Source: an uncultured Chromatiales bacterium
Lineage (GTDB): Bacteria; Bacteroidota; Ignavibacteria; SZUA-365
Assembly (NCBI GenBank): GCA_964371045.1
Contig: CAYJMN010000015.1
Coordinates: 1,989-65,988 of the forward strand
Reading direction: 5' to 3'
Length of the DNA: 64,000 nucleotides
Position 1 is the first letter of the stretch; every line of letters begins with the position of its first letter. Positions 1-9,005 of the stretch are shown piece after piece. A program made the translations under genes and the position numbers. The notes under the pieces are model-generated. The model worked only from the letters and a program-made list of their open reading frames with translations, was not told the DNA's origin and did not search any database.

Positions 1-716
1 AGAAAGATTTCGAAATCGTTGAACTGCGCGTGGATTTCCACCCGGACGCGATGCGCGCGAATCAGTTCGAGCAGCGCGATGAACGTGACGACAACCTGTA
101 TCCTTTCCTGCATCTCGCGCAGGATTTCAAGAAAATTGTATTTCCGGCGCTCGCCGAAGTGTTGTATGATCCAGGAGCCTTGCCCCTCGATAGACCACGG
201 TATGTTGACGACCTCGTGCACCGTCTTGACCGGGATGTTCGTCATGGCTTTCTGGAAGGCCTTGATGAGCTGATACATCGTCACATCTTCGAGCACCGCT
301 TCATCCTCGACCACGGCGGCTTTCCTGACATCGAATTTGAACAGGGAACGGAAGTGGCGCTCGCGCTGGTCCAGTTCGAGTTTCTGCAGATCCATGGCGC
401 TTTCCTTGTAGCGCTTGTATTCCAGGAGGCGCAGGGTGAGTTCGGCGCGCGGGTCGATCTCTTCCTCGCCTTCCTCCGCCGCGATCTGGGGCAGCAGCAT
501 CCGCGCCTTGATCTGCATGAGAGATGCGGCCATCACGATGAAATCGCCCGCGAGTTCCAGATCCAGCATCTGCATGACGCGGATATACGAGAGAAATTCC
601 TGTGTGATGTACGCTATGGGGATGTTGTAGATGTCCAGCTCGTCGCGCCTGATGAAAAACAGCAGGAGGTCGAGCGGACCCTCGAAATCCGGTATTCTGA
701 TCTTGAATCCGCTCAT
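1..716 (-). CDS. scpA: Segregation and condensation protein A (kleisin), 3' end runs off the window
   Basis: Manual translation from ATG at 716: MSGFKIRIPDFEGPLDLLLFFIRRDELDIYNIPIAYITQEFL...AASLMQIKARMLLP. The FEGPLDLLL motif is typical of ScpA. The ORF track missed it because there is no stop codon inside the window. Confidence 0.93.
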   Translation of the reverse strand, partial: MSGFKIRIPDFEGPLDLLLFFIRRDELDIYNIPIAYITQEFLSYIRVMQMLDLELAGDFIVMAASLMQIKARMLLPQIAAEEGEEEIDPRAELTLRLLEYKRYKESAMDLQKLELDQRERHFRSLFKFDVRKAAVVEDEAVLEDVTMYQLIKAFQKAMTNIPVKTVHEVVNIPWSIEGQGSWIIQHFGERRKYNFLEILREMQERIQVVVTFIALLELIRAHRVRVEIHAQFNDFEIF

Positions 717-718
717 GG

Positions 719-1711
719 TCAGCCCAGCTTCATAGCGGCGCGTACGGCCTGCATAGTTTCGGACGCGACAGCGCGGGCGCGCCGCTCTCCATCATGGAGA
801 ATGTCGAGCACCAGAGACGGATGTTGCTCGTACGCCTTGCGTCTCTCTATATGCGGAGCGAGGAAATCATCGATTCTCGCGGCGCAGCGTTTCTTGCAAT
901 CGACACAGCCAAGTGCACCCGATTCGCAACCGGAGCGAATATCGGTCACTTCGTCAGGATTGAATTTTTCGTGATACGTGTAGACGAGACATACATCTGG
1001 CCGACCCGGATCATTGCGCCGTACTTTCTGCGAATCGGTGGGCGCCTTGCGCAATTTTTCCCATACCTCTTCGGGTGAATCCTGCAGAAGCAGCGTGTTG
1101 CCTGCGGATTTGGACATTTTTTTATCCTTGCCGTCGAGACCGGGAAGGCGGCTGAACTTCGTCACCTTGTGGCTGGGTTCGGGAAAAATTTCGCCCCATT
1201 GCGCATTGAATCGACGGGCGATTTCCCTGGTGATTTCCACATGCGAAAGCTGATCCTCGCCAACAGGGACGAGATTCGCGCGGTACAGGAGAATATCCGC
1301 TGCTTGCAGCACCGGATAGCCAAGATGACCGTAGGTCACGTTTTCGATTTCGAGATCGCGTACCTGTTCCTTGATGGAGGGGTTCCGTTCGAGCCGATTT
1401 TTGGTGATGAGCATCGAGAAAATGAGATGCAGTTCCGTGTGTTCCTTCACCTGCGATTGCCGGAAAATGGGGCTCCGCACGGGATCGATGCCTCCAGCGA
1501 GCCAATCGATGACCATGTCGATCGTGTCCTGTGCGATGCCCGATGTGTCGAGCGTCGTCGTCAACACATGATAGTCGGCCACGAGATGGTAGTTGTTGTA
1601 CATATCCTGCAGGGAAACCCAATTTTCGAGCGCGCCGGCCCAGTGGCCCAGATGGAGCTTGCCCGTGGGACGCATGCCGCTGAGGATGGTATTTTGTGAA
1701 GAATCGGTCAT
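719..1711 (-). CDS. trpS: Tryptophan--tRNA ligase
   Basis: SGMRPTGKLHLGH (HIGH-type motif), YPVLQAADIL, VPVGEDQ and KMSKS motifs; 330 aa. Confidence 0.97.
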   Translation of the reverse strand: MTDSSQNTILSGMRPTGKLHLGHWAGALENWVSLQDMYNNYHLVADYHVLTTTLDTSGIAQDTIDMVIDWLAGGIDPVRSPIFRQSQVKEHTELHLIFSMLITKNRLERNPSIKEQVRDLEIENVTYGHLGYPVLQAADILLYRANLVPVGEDQLSHVEITREIARRFNAQWGEIFPEPSHKVTKFSRLPGLDGKDKKMSKSAGNTLLLQDSPEEVWEKLRKAPTDSQKVRRNDPGRPDVCLVYTYHEKFNPDEVTDIRSGCESGALGCVDCKKRCAARIDDFLAPHIERRKAYEQHPSLVLDILHDGERRARAVASETMQAVRAAMKLG

Positions 1712-1898
1712 TGCTTGGCAACATGTATCAAAATGAACAGACTATTAAGATACGGAACCTGAACGATGCGATGAAATGCCGGAAAATCGCATGTTGCGGG
1801 AAAGCGGATTCGACGGAATAGCATTGACAGGTCTTCGGGAGCCCGGGACGCCTCGCTCCCCGCGCGAATTATCGGGCCTCACCACGTGCGTCTCGCGT

Positions 1899-2444
1899 TC
1901 AGGCGAGGAAGAGATAGGGCTTCCAGGGTTCTTCGACCGAATGCAGGGATTGCAGAATAAAAGAAACGCGCGAGGGTCGGCGGGGCTTGCTGAGGAGCGT
2001 CATACCGCTCTTTTCCAGCGGACGGCTTCCTTTTTTGTTGTTGCACTGAATGCAGGCGGTGATGAGATTTTCCCAACTGTCGATGCCGCCCTTCGAACGT
2101 GGCATGATGTGGTCAACGGTAAGCTGCGTTGAGGCGGAGCCACAGTACTGGCAGCGGTGGCCATCGCGCCGGAGGATGTTCTTCCGCGAGAGCATGATGT
2201 TTTTATACGGCGCGCGGTGATATTTACCGAGTCGGATGATGCTGGGGAAGGGCCAGTTCGCCGAGATGGTGCGAATGGTACGGCGACGGTTTTCCTCCAC
2301 CATTTCAGCTTTTGACAAATAGAGCAGGACCACGGCTTTCTGGACGCTGCAGATACTGACCGGCTCGTAGCTTTGGTTGAGGACGAGTACGCGTCCGCTG
2401 ATGGCAGTACCGGATTTCGCGGGTTCTTCGAAGATATCCTCCAC
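1899..2444 (-). CDS. HNH endonuclease (McrA-like, Zn-binding)
   Basis: VLVLNQSYEP N-terminus, RRDGHRCQYCG, TVDHIMPRSKGG, WENLITACIQCNNKKG. Confidence 0.9.
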   Translation of the reverse strand: MEDIFEEPAKSGTAISGRVLVLNQSYEPVSICSVQKAVVLLYLSKAEMVEENRRRTIRTISANWPFPSIIRLGKYHRAPYKNIMLSRKNILRRDGHRCQYCGSASTQLTVDHIMPRSKGGIDSWENLITACIQCNNKKGSRPLEKSGMTLLSKPRRPSRVSFILQSLHSVEEPWKPYLFLA

Positions 2445-2508
2445 AATATTCGTAAAAAATACAAGCCGGCGCGGACAAATCCAATCCCAATACGCGTCCC
2501 CCGACGAA

Positions 2509-2599
2509 CGATGTACGATTTACGAATGACGATTGACGATTTGTAGCAATTACATCGCAAGTTCGTCAATCGTAAATCATTCAATCGTCAATCGTCATT
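2509..2599. repeat. Inverted arrays of heptamer tandem repeats (CGATTKA-like / CGTMAAT-like)
   Basis: Left arm cgatgta-cgattta-cgaatga-cgattga-cgatttg at 2509-2543; right arm cgtcaat-cgtaaat-...-cgtcaat-cgtcatt at 2564-2599. Confidence 0.8.
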
Positions 2600-4068
2600 C
2601 GGGGGCGGGTCTTGGTGGCGAGTTTGCGCATCTCGTCGAGTTCCTGGCGGGAGAAAAAGCCGGTGGCGCGGAGGAGGACGAAGAAGAGCGCGACGAGCAG
2701 CACTTTCCAGAGCAGCAAGGGCATGATGCTTGCAGCCGGGAACAGATACCAGAGCAATGCCGCAATGGTTAGGGAAAATGCGATACGAAGGAGGCGTGCG
2801 CTTTCCCACTCGATGGGATAAATCGATCGTCCCGTTACCCAGTACACCACCGCGATCGTAAAATAGGATGCAAAGGTGGCGATTGCCCCGCCGTACATGC
2901 CGAGGATGGGGATGAGCAGGAAGTTCGCGGCCACGTTGATCGCGGCGCCGGCCGCGGTTGTGTAGAGGATGATCATCGTACGTTTCTGTATGTACAGTCC
3001 GGCGTTCAACACCTGATCCATGCCCGCGAACACATAGCTGACGAGGATGATCGGCACAATGCCGAGGCCGCCCCAGAATTCAGGGGCGATGAGGCTGCGT
3101 CCTCCAGGGAGAGGCAGCCGGACGATATCCTCGATGAAAAGCGAGAGAACAAGGACGATGATCGAACCGAGCAGCACGAAATATGTCATTACACGTGCGA
3201 ATAACCGTTTCGCGCCGGGATCCTCCGTCAACTGGAGATAAAAGGGCTGCCAGGCGTAGCGGAAGATGCTCACCACCAACATCATGAAAATGCCGAGCTT
3301 GTAGGCCGCGCCATACACACCTACCGTCTCCGCGTCGGTGAGCAGCAGCAGGATCGGCTTGTCGATGATTTCGATGAGCATGATCGCGACGGCGCCCGGC
3401 ATCGTGGGGAGTCCGTATTTCAGCATTTGTCTCAACAGCGCGCGATCCACGCCACGCCGCGTTCTGCGGGTGATGACGGGAAGCAGCAGTAATGTACTGG
3501 ACGCCGATGCGATGACGCCCGACACGAACACCGACACGATGGACATGTGCAGCACGGCGATAAACAGCACGTTGAGCGAGACGTTCAGTACGATGGAAAC
3601 GAACTTGATCGTAGCGAAACTCCTGGCGCGGTTTTCCATTCGTAAGGCGGCGAACGGGATAGCGTTCACCGCGTCGAGCACGACTATCAGGATAGCGAGA
3701 GGCAGAATCGACTCCCACCCGACACGGTGTCCTATGAGGCCCTGCATATACGGAGTGAGAGGCAGCAACAGCGCGGCCAGCGCGATCCCCGCGAGGAGAA
3801 TGAAGAACAATGCTGCGCTGAAAATCCTGTCGCGCTCTTCACCCCTGGCGTTCGCAACGAAGCGCATGTATGCCGGCTCGAGCCCGAACGTGAACACTCC
3901 GTTCAGAAACGCTATGTACGCATACACCACAATGACGATCCCGTAGTCTCCTTTCAACAGCGTGTTGGTATAGAATGGCACGAGCAGAAACGTGATGAAG
4001 CGTCCCAAAATGTTGCTCACGCCGTAGATGGCGGAATCGGTGGTGAGTTTTTTCAGCAGTGCACGCAT
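2581..4068 (-). CDS. Oligosaccharide flippase / polysaccharide biosynthesis protein (Wzx/MOP family)
   Basis: About 12-14 hydrophobic segments; N-terminal SAIYGVSNILGRFITFLLVPFYT pattern and GAAIAT near the C-terminus. Confidence 0.88.
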   Translation of the reverse strand: MRALLKKLTTDSAIYGVSNILGRFITFLLVPFYTNTLLKGDYGIVIVVYAYIAFLNGVFTFGLEPAYMRFVANARGEERDRIFSAALFFILLAGIALAALLLPLTPYMQGLIGHRVGWESILPLAILIVVLDAVNAIPFAALRMENRARSFATIKFVSIVLNVSLNVLFIAVLHMSIVSVFVSGVIASASSTLLLLPVITRRTRRGVDRALLRQMLKYGLPTMPGAVAIMLIEIIDKPILLLLTDAETVGVYGAAYKLGIFMMLVVSIFRYAWQPFYLQLTEDPGAKRLFARVMTYFVLLGSIIVLVLSLFIEDIVRLPLPGGRSLIAPEFWGGLGIVPIILVSYVFAGMDQVLNAGLYIQKRTMIILYTTAAGAAINVAANFLLIPILGMYGGAIATFASYFTIAVVYWVTGRSIYPIEWESARLLRIAFSLTIAALLWYLFPAASIMPLLLWKVLLVALFFVLLRATGFFSRQELDEMRKLATKTRPRMTIDD

Positions 4069-4110
4069 GGAGCAACATCGAGAATTATATCGAGAAACTA
4101 AAAGGACTTT

Positions 4111-5088
4111 CGATTTTGGATTTACGATTTACGATTTTTAAGATTGACGATCACCCCCAGTGTTGTAACCGGCACTTCGCACGGCTGAAAACGCTCAGCT
4201 CGAAGACTCGCAATGTGTGCGTCAAATCGCAAAATCGTCAATCGTCGCCCTCGCCTCGCCGCGGCGAGCAAGTGCTCTCGAGTCTACATGTGCGTCACGG
4301 AACGAATCACTTCCGGAGGAATCTTCGACCTTCGAGACGCCGCTGACCCACGCTCTCGGAACAGCGAATGCTCGTACCGCAGCGGCCCTTGTTATGACAT
4401 CTTGTGGACCGTACCAACAAACACCGAGAAATCCGAACGCTGCTCCTTCGACTCCGTGCCCGTGAACGGCTGTGCATCTTCCACACATCTTGCTGCGGGC
4501 GCTTCGCTTCTTATGACATCTTGCCCGAATCGGCTTGAATACACTTGACCTCGTAAACTCACCCCCTCGATCCCGGCCTCTGTGTGTCTCGAACAACACA
4601 CCCCCCGGCCCCCTCTCTCACGAGAGAGGGGGAGGAAGAGGTGCAAATCAGTGTATATTTCACACATGCGAATTCATGTGCTGCGGTTACATGGAGCTAT
4701 TATCATGTCATCCATGAAATGGACTGGTGGGTACACTTCTTATGACATCTTGAAAGTACCTTGTCTCCTCGTGCGTTACGGAACGAATCATCCTTCGAGA
4801 CGCCGCCATCTGACACTCAATGCAATTACGAACGATCATACCGTGGCGGCCCTCAGGATGACGAGCTTGATAACGCGCGTCAGAAAACCTGATGTCATCC
4901 ACGAAATGGACCGGTGCGCAGCGCTGGTGGGCACACTCAGGATGACGATCTTTGATAGCTTTTTGAACCAATGTCACACTCGATATAAACCGGAGCGCAG
5001 CGAAGGTTACCCGACTCAGGGTGACGGGACTTGTTTACAACACCCTCAAATCGTAAATCCAAAATCGTAAATCGTAAATCGTAAATCC
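4111..5088. repeat. About 1 kb non-coding block bounded by inverted heptamer arrays and filled with degenerate REP-like units
   Basis: 4111-4137 cgattttggatttacgatttacgattt is complementary to the aaatcgt/aaatcca array at 5048-5088. Internal direct repeats lie at 4290-4309/4771-4790, 4329-4343/4792-4806 and 4392/4511/4740, with an 11-bp hairpin at 4609-4632. Confidence 0.75.
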
Positions 5089-5163
5089 TTGTGCCTGGCC
5101 GGTTTGTGAGCGGTTGCGGGTGATTGTACATTGCAGGATGTACAATCGTGAATATAAAAGGTT

Positions 5164-6093
5164 ATGAACATTCTAATTACCGGCGGTGCGGGATTCATCG
5201 GCTCATCGATCGCCGAGGCGTACAAGGCGCTCGGACATGAGATCGTCATCGTGGACAATCTGTCTACGGGCAAGCTGGAGAACGTACCGAGGGGAGCGGC
5301 GTTTTATCAGATGGATATTCGCGAAGATGGTTTCAGTGACATTGTTCGCGGGCACGCCATCGACATCATCAATCACCACGCGGCGCAAATCGACGTACGC
5401 AAGTCGGTGGAAGATCCGCGTTACGATCTGGAAGTGAATGTGCTCGGATCGCTGAACGTGATCGAAGCGGCGCTGGAAAACAATGTACGGCGTGTCATAT
5501 TCGCCTCGTCAGGCGGTGCGGGATACGGGGAGCAGGTATATTTTCCGGCGGATGAACAGCATCCCATCGCACCGTGCTCGCCTTACGGCATTACGAAAGT
5601 GACGGTCGAGCGCTACCTGTACTATTTCAACCAGGTGAAAAACCTCAATTATACCGTACTTCGTTACACCAACGTCTATGGCCCACGACAGAATCCGCAC
5701 GGCGAGGCGGGAGTTGTCGCGATTTTTTCTGACAAGCTCCTGCGGGGCAACAATCCCGTGATCAACGGCGACGGTGCGCAAACCCGCGATTACGTCTTCA
5801 TTGACGATGTGGTTCGCGCGAACGTCCACGCGCTCGCAATGGAGGACAGCGACACGCTCAACGTCTGCACCAACGTCGAGACCTCCGTCAACACGATTTT
5901 TCAGGTGCTTAATGCTACCGCAGGTTCGCCGGCGAAGGAAATTCATGTTCCCGCGAAGCACGGCGAACAGCTGCGGAGCGTGTGCAGCTACGAGCGGATT
6001 CGTTCACGTTTCGGTTGGGAGCCCGCCGTTTCCATTGAAACGGGATTGCAACGCACGATGGAGTGGTTCCGCGAGCGTTTCGAAGAAGAATAA
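5164..6093 (+). CDS. NAD-dependent epimerase/dehydratase (UDP-glucose 4-epimerase-like extended SDR)
   Basis: ILITGGAGFIGS Rossmann motif, HHAAQIDVRKSVEDP, SPYGITK (YxxxK), RYTNVYGPRQ. Confidence 0.92.
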   Translation: MNILITGGAGFIGSSIAEAYKALGHEIVIVDNLSTGKLENVPRGAAFYQMDIREDGFSDIVRGHAIDIINHHAAQIDVRKSVEDPRYDLEVNVLGSLNVIEAALENNVRRVIFASSGGAGYGEQVYFPADEQHPIAPCSPYGITKVTVERYLYYFNQVKNLNYTVLRYTNVYGPRQNPHGEAGVVAIFSDKLLRGNNPVINGDGAQTRDYVFIDDVVRANVHALAMEDSDTLNVCTNVETSVNTIFQVLNATAGSPAKEIHVPAKHGEQLRSVCSYERIRSRFGWEPAVSIETGLQRTMEWFRERFEEE

Positions 6094-6287
6094 CACCCGG
6101 CGGTCCGATAACCTGCGTCGCCTCCTCGCTGTCGCTTCGGGCGGTAGCCATGGTTTCGGGTCACATCCGGTTTATCCGATGGTGGCATACGCGACGCACC
6201 TTTTTGTTCTTGCCGCATTATCCGATACCGCTCCGCCAGTGAGTTAATCGGCGCCTTCACGTTCAGGTTTAAAATTCATCGCTCAGT

Positions 6288-6322
6288 GTGAATCATCCTC
6301 ACGAGACGTGAAATATATTCAC
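6288..6322. promoter_or_regulatory. Tandem GTGA-N7-TCAC palindromes, putative operator
   Basis: GTGA-atcatcc-TCAC at 6288-6302 and GTGA-aatatat-TCAC at 6308-6322, 20 bp apart and upstream of the 6452 gene. Confidence 0.45.
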
Positions 6323-6451
6323 TCCTTTGACGCGGCATCCCCAAAATACCCTGTAACTTCACAGTTGCGCATGGTGGTCAGTTTTGGCATGATTTATGAA
6401 GCAGTATTCATGCTCCAGCCCTGAGCGAACATTCAAAAACGGTGTCACCTT

Positions 6452-7219
6452 TTGTTCAGCACTTCCGAAACAGTCAAGGATCTCGAGACCATTGAAGGCC
6501 GTCGCCTTCTGCATGAATTTTTTCATGACCGGCGGGTGAAGAACACCATGGAATTGAAAACCCTGTTCGAATGCTGGAGAGTGTGCAGGCAAGCCACCAA
6601 TCTGCAGCTCAATGACGGACGCCGGATGCGTTTCGAAAGCAGTCTCGGTCTCAAGTTGGGTACGCGCGTTTTTTTCGAGGAAATTGTCAGTACCTACTAC
6701 TTCAATTCGATTCAGGGCCTCGTGTACTTCGGAGCGATGTTGGTATTGGTCGGAGTCGGATTGTATTTGAGCGGTTTCGATTTATTTTTCGCGCTTGGTG
6801 GGCTTGCGATCGAAGCGATCTTTTTGCTTTTGCTCGCCGTAGCGACATCGTTCAGCCGCAACGATGACGGCGGCACCCCGGCGACAGCCCTGGGATTGTC
6901 CGATACGCTGATTTCATCTATAAACAGTTCGATTCGCGACATGACAACGGCGGTGTCCGACCTGTTTCGCCTCATTTCCCAGACGGACATCCGTCAGGAC
7001 GTGCTGCTGACAAGGCTGACGGAAAACATCGCGAAAATCAACAACGAGAACGTGCGCAAGAATCTTGAAAAACTTGATCAGACCAATGCGATACTTCGCG
7101 AGCAAGCAGAGCTTTCCAACACCTTGCTGCAGAATCTTGTTCAGCAGCAGCAGCAGGCGACGCAACAGACGCGACGCATCCTGACGATCCTCGACGATCA
7201 GCAAGGGGCGAACGTATGA
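6452..7219 (+). CDS. GldL/PorL-like inner-membrane protein (copy 1); start uncertain (TTG 6452 or ATG 6548)
   Basis: TM hairpin GLVYFGAMLVLVGVGL...GGLAIEAIFLLLLA with intramembrane Glu121, then a long helical/coiled-coil tail. It resembles the GldL pattern YGMGAAVVIVGALF...GLLTEALIF (recalled from memory). Confidence 0.6.
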   Translation: MFSTSETVKDLETIEGRRLLHEFFHDRRVKNTMELKTLFECWRVCRQATNLQLNDGRRMRFESSLGLKLGTRVFFEEIVSTYYFNSIQGLVYFGAMLVLVGVGLYLSGFDLFFALGGLAIEAIFLLLLAVATSFSRNDDGGTPATALGLSDTLISSINSSIRDMTTAVSDLFRLISQTDIRQDVLLTRLTENIAKINNENVRKNLEKLDQTNAILREQAELSNTLLQNLVQQQQQATQQTRRILTILDDQQGANV

Positions 7220-7266
7220 GACTCCGGATCGATACTCGTAGCGATCACCGGTGGGGGCGTTGACGT

Positions 7267-8778
7267 GTGGCTCGCCGACATCGCATCGATATTTTCCTCA
7301 TCCTGTACCTTACGGCCATCGTGGGATTCGCGGTGGTTTCCAGAGAGCGTGAATTCGCGGATAAAGAGAGGACGTCCCGGTATGAACAGCTCCTTGCGAC
7401 GTTCATTCCTCGTCTCCCGGTTCGTCCTGAGCGCGATACGATTCGATGGTATGTAAGCGCGGATGACAACAGCGGCCTGGTTACGCTCACGGAGCAGCAT
7501 TTTGAAGCAAAAATTTTTGTTCACGATATAGATCCCGACGATCAGGTAACAATGACAGTGCATTCCATCATCCTCGACAGTCTGCTGACGGTGCCCGACC
7601 TTTTGAAGATCGGTGACCGTACGGGGTATGGAGAGCCGCACGAGCGCGTTGTGTACTTTCCACTGTGTGGTGAATTTCCCCGTACAGGGGTCTATACCAT
7701 CAACCTCCAAGCCCGTTCGGATCGCATTCGGCGATTGGGGCAAGGCATGATCGAGTACCGCGGCATTCAGTTCGACACCACTTCCATTCCATCCCACCTC
7801 GTGTCGTCGCTGGAAAGCTCCGTCGCCTCACTGACCGTGCTCGTGATCGATACCTCGATCGAGAAGCCAAAGACACTTGAGCCTCTGCTCATTCAAGCGC
7901 AGCGGGAACGCATTTCGTCTGCCATCGGCTTCGAGGAACAGAATCTCATCCGGGTCAATCTGGCCTGGTCAGAACCCACCGTGACGGTCGTGCGTGGCGG
8001 TGGGCGGCTTGTGCAGGCTACGCGGAGCGACAAGCTCCTTGAATACCGCTGGGTTGGCACCGTGACGGGATTCGCGGATACGGTGGTGGTGGAGGCGCGG
8101 CTGCGGCGCGAAGCGGGGGGTAAGGACATCAGCCGAACGCAATTCGTCGTTTCAGGAGTGACGCCATACCTTCTGGAGCAATTGCCGCGTACGCTGTACG
8201 CCGGCGAGGAATTTTCGATCAACATGCGTGTGCAGGGACTGGATCAGCCGGATCTGTATCGCTGGTCGTTGTTCGAAGAAGCCGGGCAGAACGATCTCCT
8301 TCTCAAAGCAAGTGGTAGTGGTCCGGTAGTGACCTACCGCATTCCCACGAGCTATGCCGGCAAGCGAATGGTGATCGAAACCCTGTATGAAGGCCGCAAG
8401 TATCGATTTCTTTCATTGAAAAAGCATGTTTCCGGTCCCTCGCGCTTGTCGCGGATGGTTGAGACGCCTCCGACGCAGATTGTCGCCATCGTTCCGCAGC
8501 GCGCACCGGCGAATGCCGCTTTCCGTTTTTCCGCATCGCGGTATTCCCAGCCCAGATTCATGGGCGAGCAGCCGGTCGACAAGATTTCGGATGTTTCCGT
8601 CGAAATGGAAGGCGCTGACGGTCGCGATCTGGAAGTCGGCGTTTCAATGATCCGCAAGGGAGAGTTTGAATTCGAGCTTATGAATATCGGCGAGATCGCC
8701 AGGGGCGGCGAGCGGGTAGCAATCACGATCCGTGCCGGCGACGCTCTATTTCTCCATTCCATGATTTTATTACGTTAG
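7267..8778 (+). CDS. GldM/PorM-like single-pass membrane protein with a large beta-rich periplasmic region (copy 1)
   Basis: Short basic N-terminus and one TM (RHRIDIFLILYLTAIVGF; R6...Y14), then about 470 aa of Ig-like beta segments. It is a clear paralog of the 9885 gene. Confidence 0.55.
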   Translation: MARRHRIDIFLILYLTAIVGFAVVSREREFADKERTSRYEQLLATFIPRLPVRPERDTIRWYVSADDNSGLVTLTEQHFEAKIFVHDIDPDDQVTMTVHSIILDSLLTVPDLLKIGDRTGYGEPHERVVYFPLCGEFPRTGVYTINLQARSDRIRRLGQGMIEYRGIQFDTTSIPSHLVSSLESSVASLTVLVIDTSIEKPKTLEPLLIQAQRERISSAIGFEEQNLIRVNLAWSEPTVTVVRGGGRLVQATRSDKLLEYRWVGTVTGFADTVVVEARLRREAGGKDISRTQFVVSGVTPYLLEQLPRTLYAGEEFSINMRVQGLDQPDLYRWSLFEEAGQNDLLLKASGSGPVVTYRIPTSYAGKRMVIETLYEGRKYRFLSLKKHVSGPSRLSRMVETPPTQIVAIVPQRAPANAAFRFSASRYSQPRFMGEQPVDKISDVSVEMEGADGRDLEVGVSMIRKGEFEFELMNIGEIARGGERVAITIRAGDALFLHSMILLR

Positions 8779-9005
8779 GACCCAACGGAGATGTCTGCCG
8801 GATTTGACACATATAGGAAGTTTGTGCGACCTTTAGATGATGTGGATGTTCAACGCATCCTTGAGCCGCTTTTCGTTGTAACGGGCTGCGGTTCAGGATC
8901 CGGTTTCCGCATTCATCGCATACTCCACGCGTTTACACATCAACAGATCGTTCCCGCACCCTCGCGGAGTGCGATTATACCATGTCTTGTTAGGAGGTTA
9001 TCCGT

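Noticed and set aside
30-974. 314-aa plus-strand ORF
   Set aside because: It is the antisense shadow of scpA and trpS, which have clear motifs on the minus strand.
1712-1898. Possible ncRNA or T-box leader upstream of trpS
   Set aside because: There are only short GC stems, with no T-box, SRP, 6S or tRNA signature that I can recognise.
1899-2444. HNH gene as a mobile homing endonuclease or defence effector
   Set aside because: It has the common stand-alone McrA-like architecture, with no intron, intein, methylase or phage context.
4290-4810. Possible CRISPR array
   Set aside because: The repeats are short, of several types and irregularly spaced, and there are no cas genes.
4582-5070. 162-aa ORF inside the repeat cassette
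   Set aside because: Its peptides (LRMT twice, PERSEG, IVNPKS) are translations of REP-like and heptamer repeats; no RBS or domain motif.
7142-7156. (CAG)5 tract in L1 as a phase-variation site
   Set aside because: It is an in-frame triplet run encoding poly-Gln in a coiled coil; slippage would not shift the frame.
8804-8809. TTGACA upstream of L2 as an internal promoter
   Set aside because: No plausible -10 element at 16-18 bp spacing.
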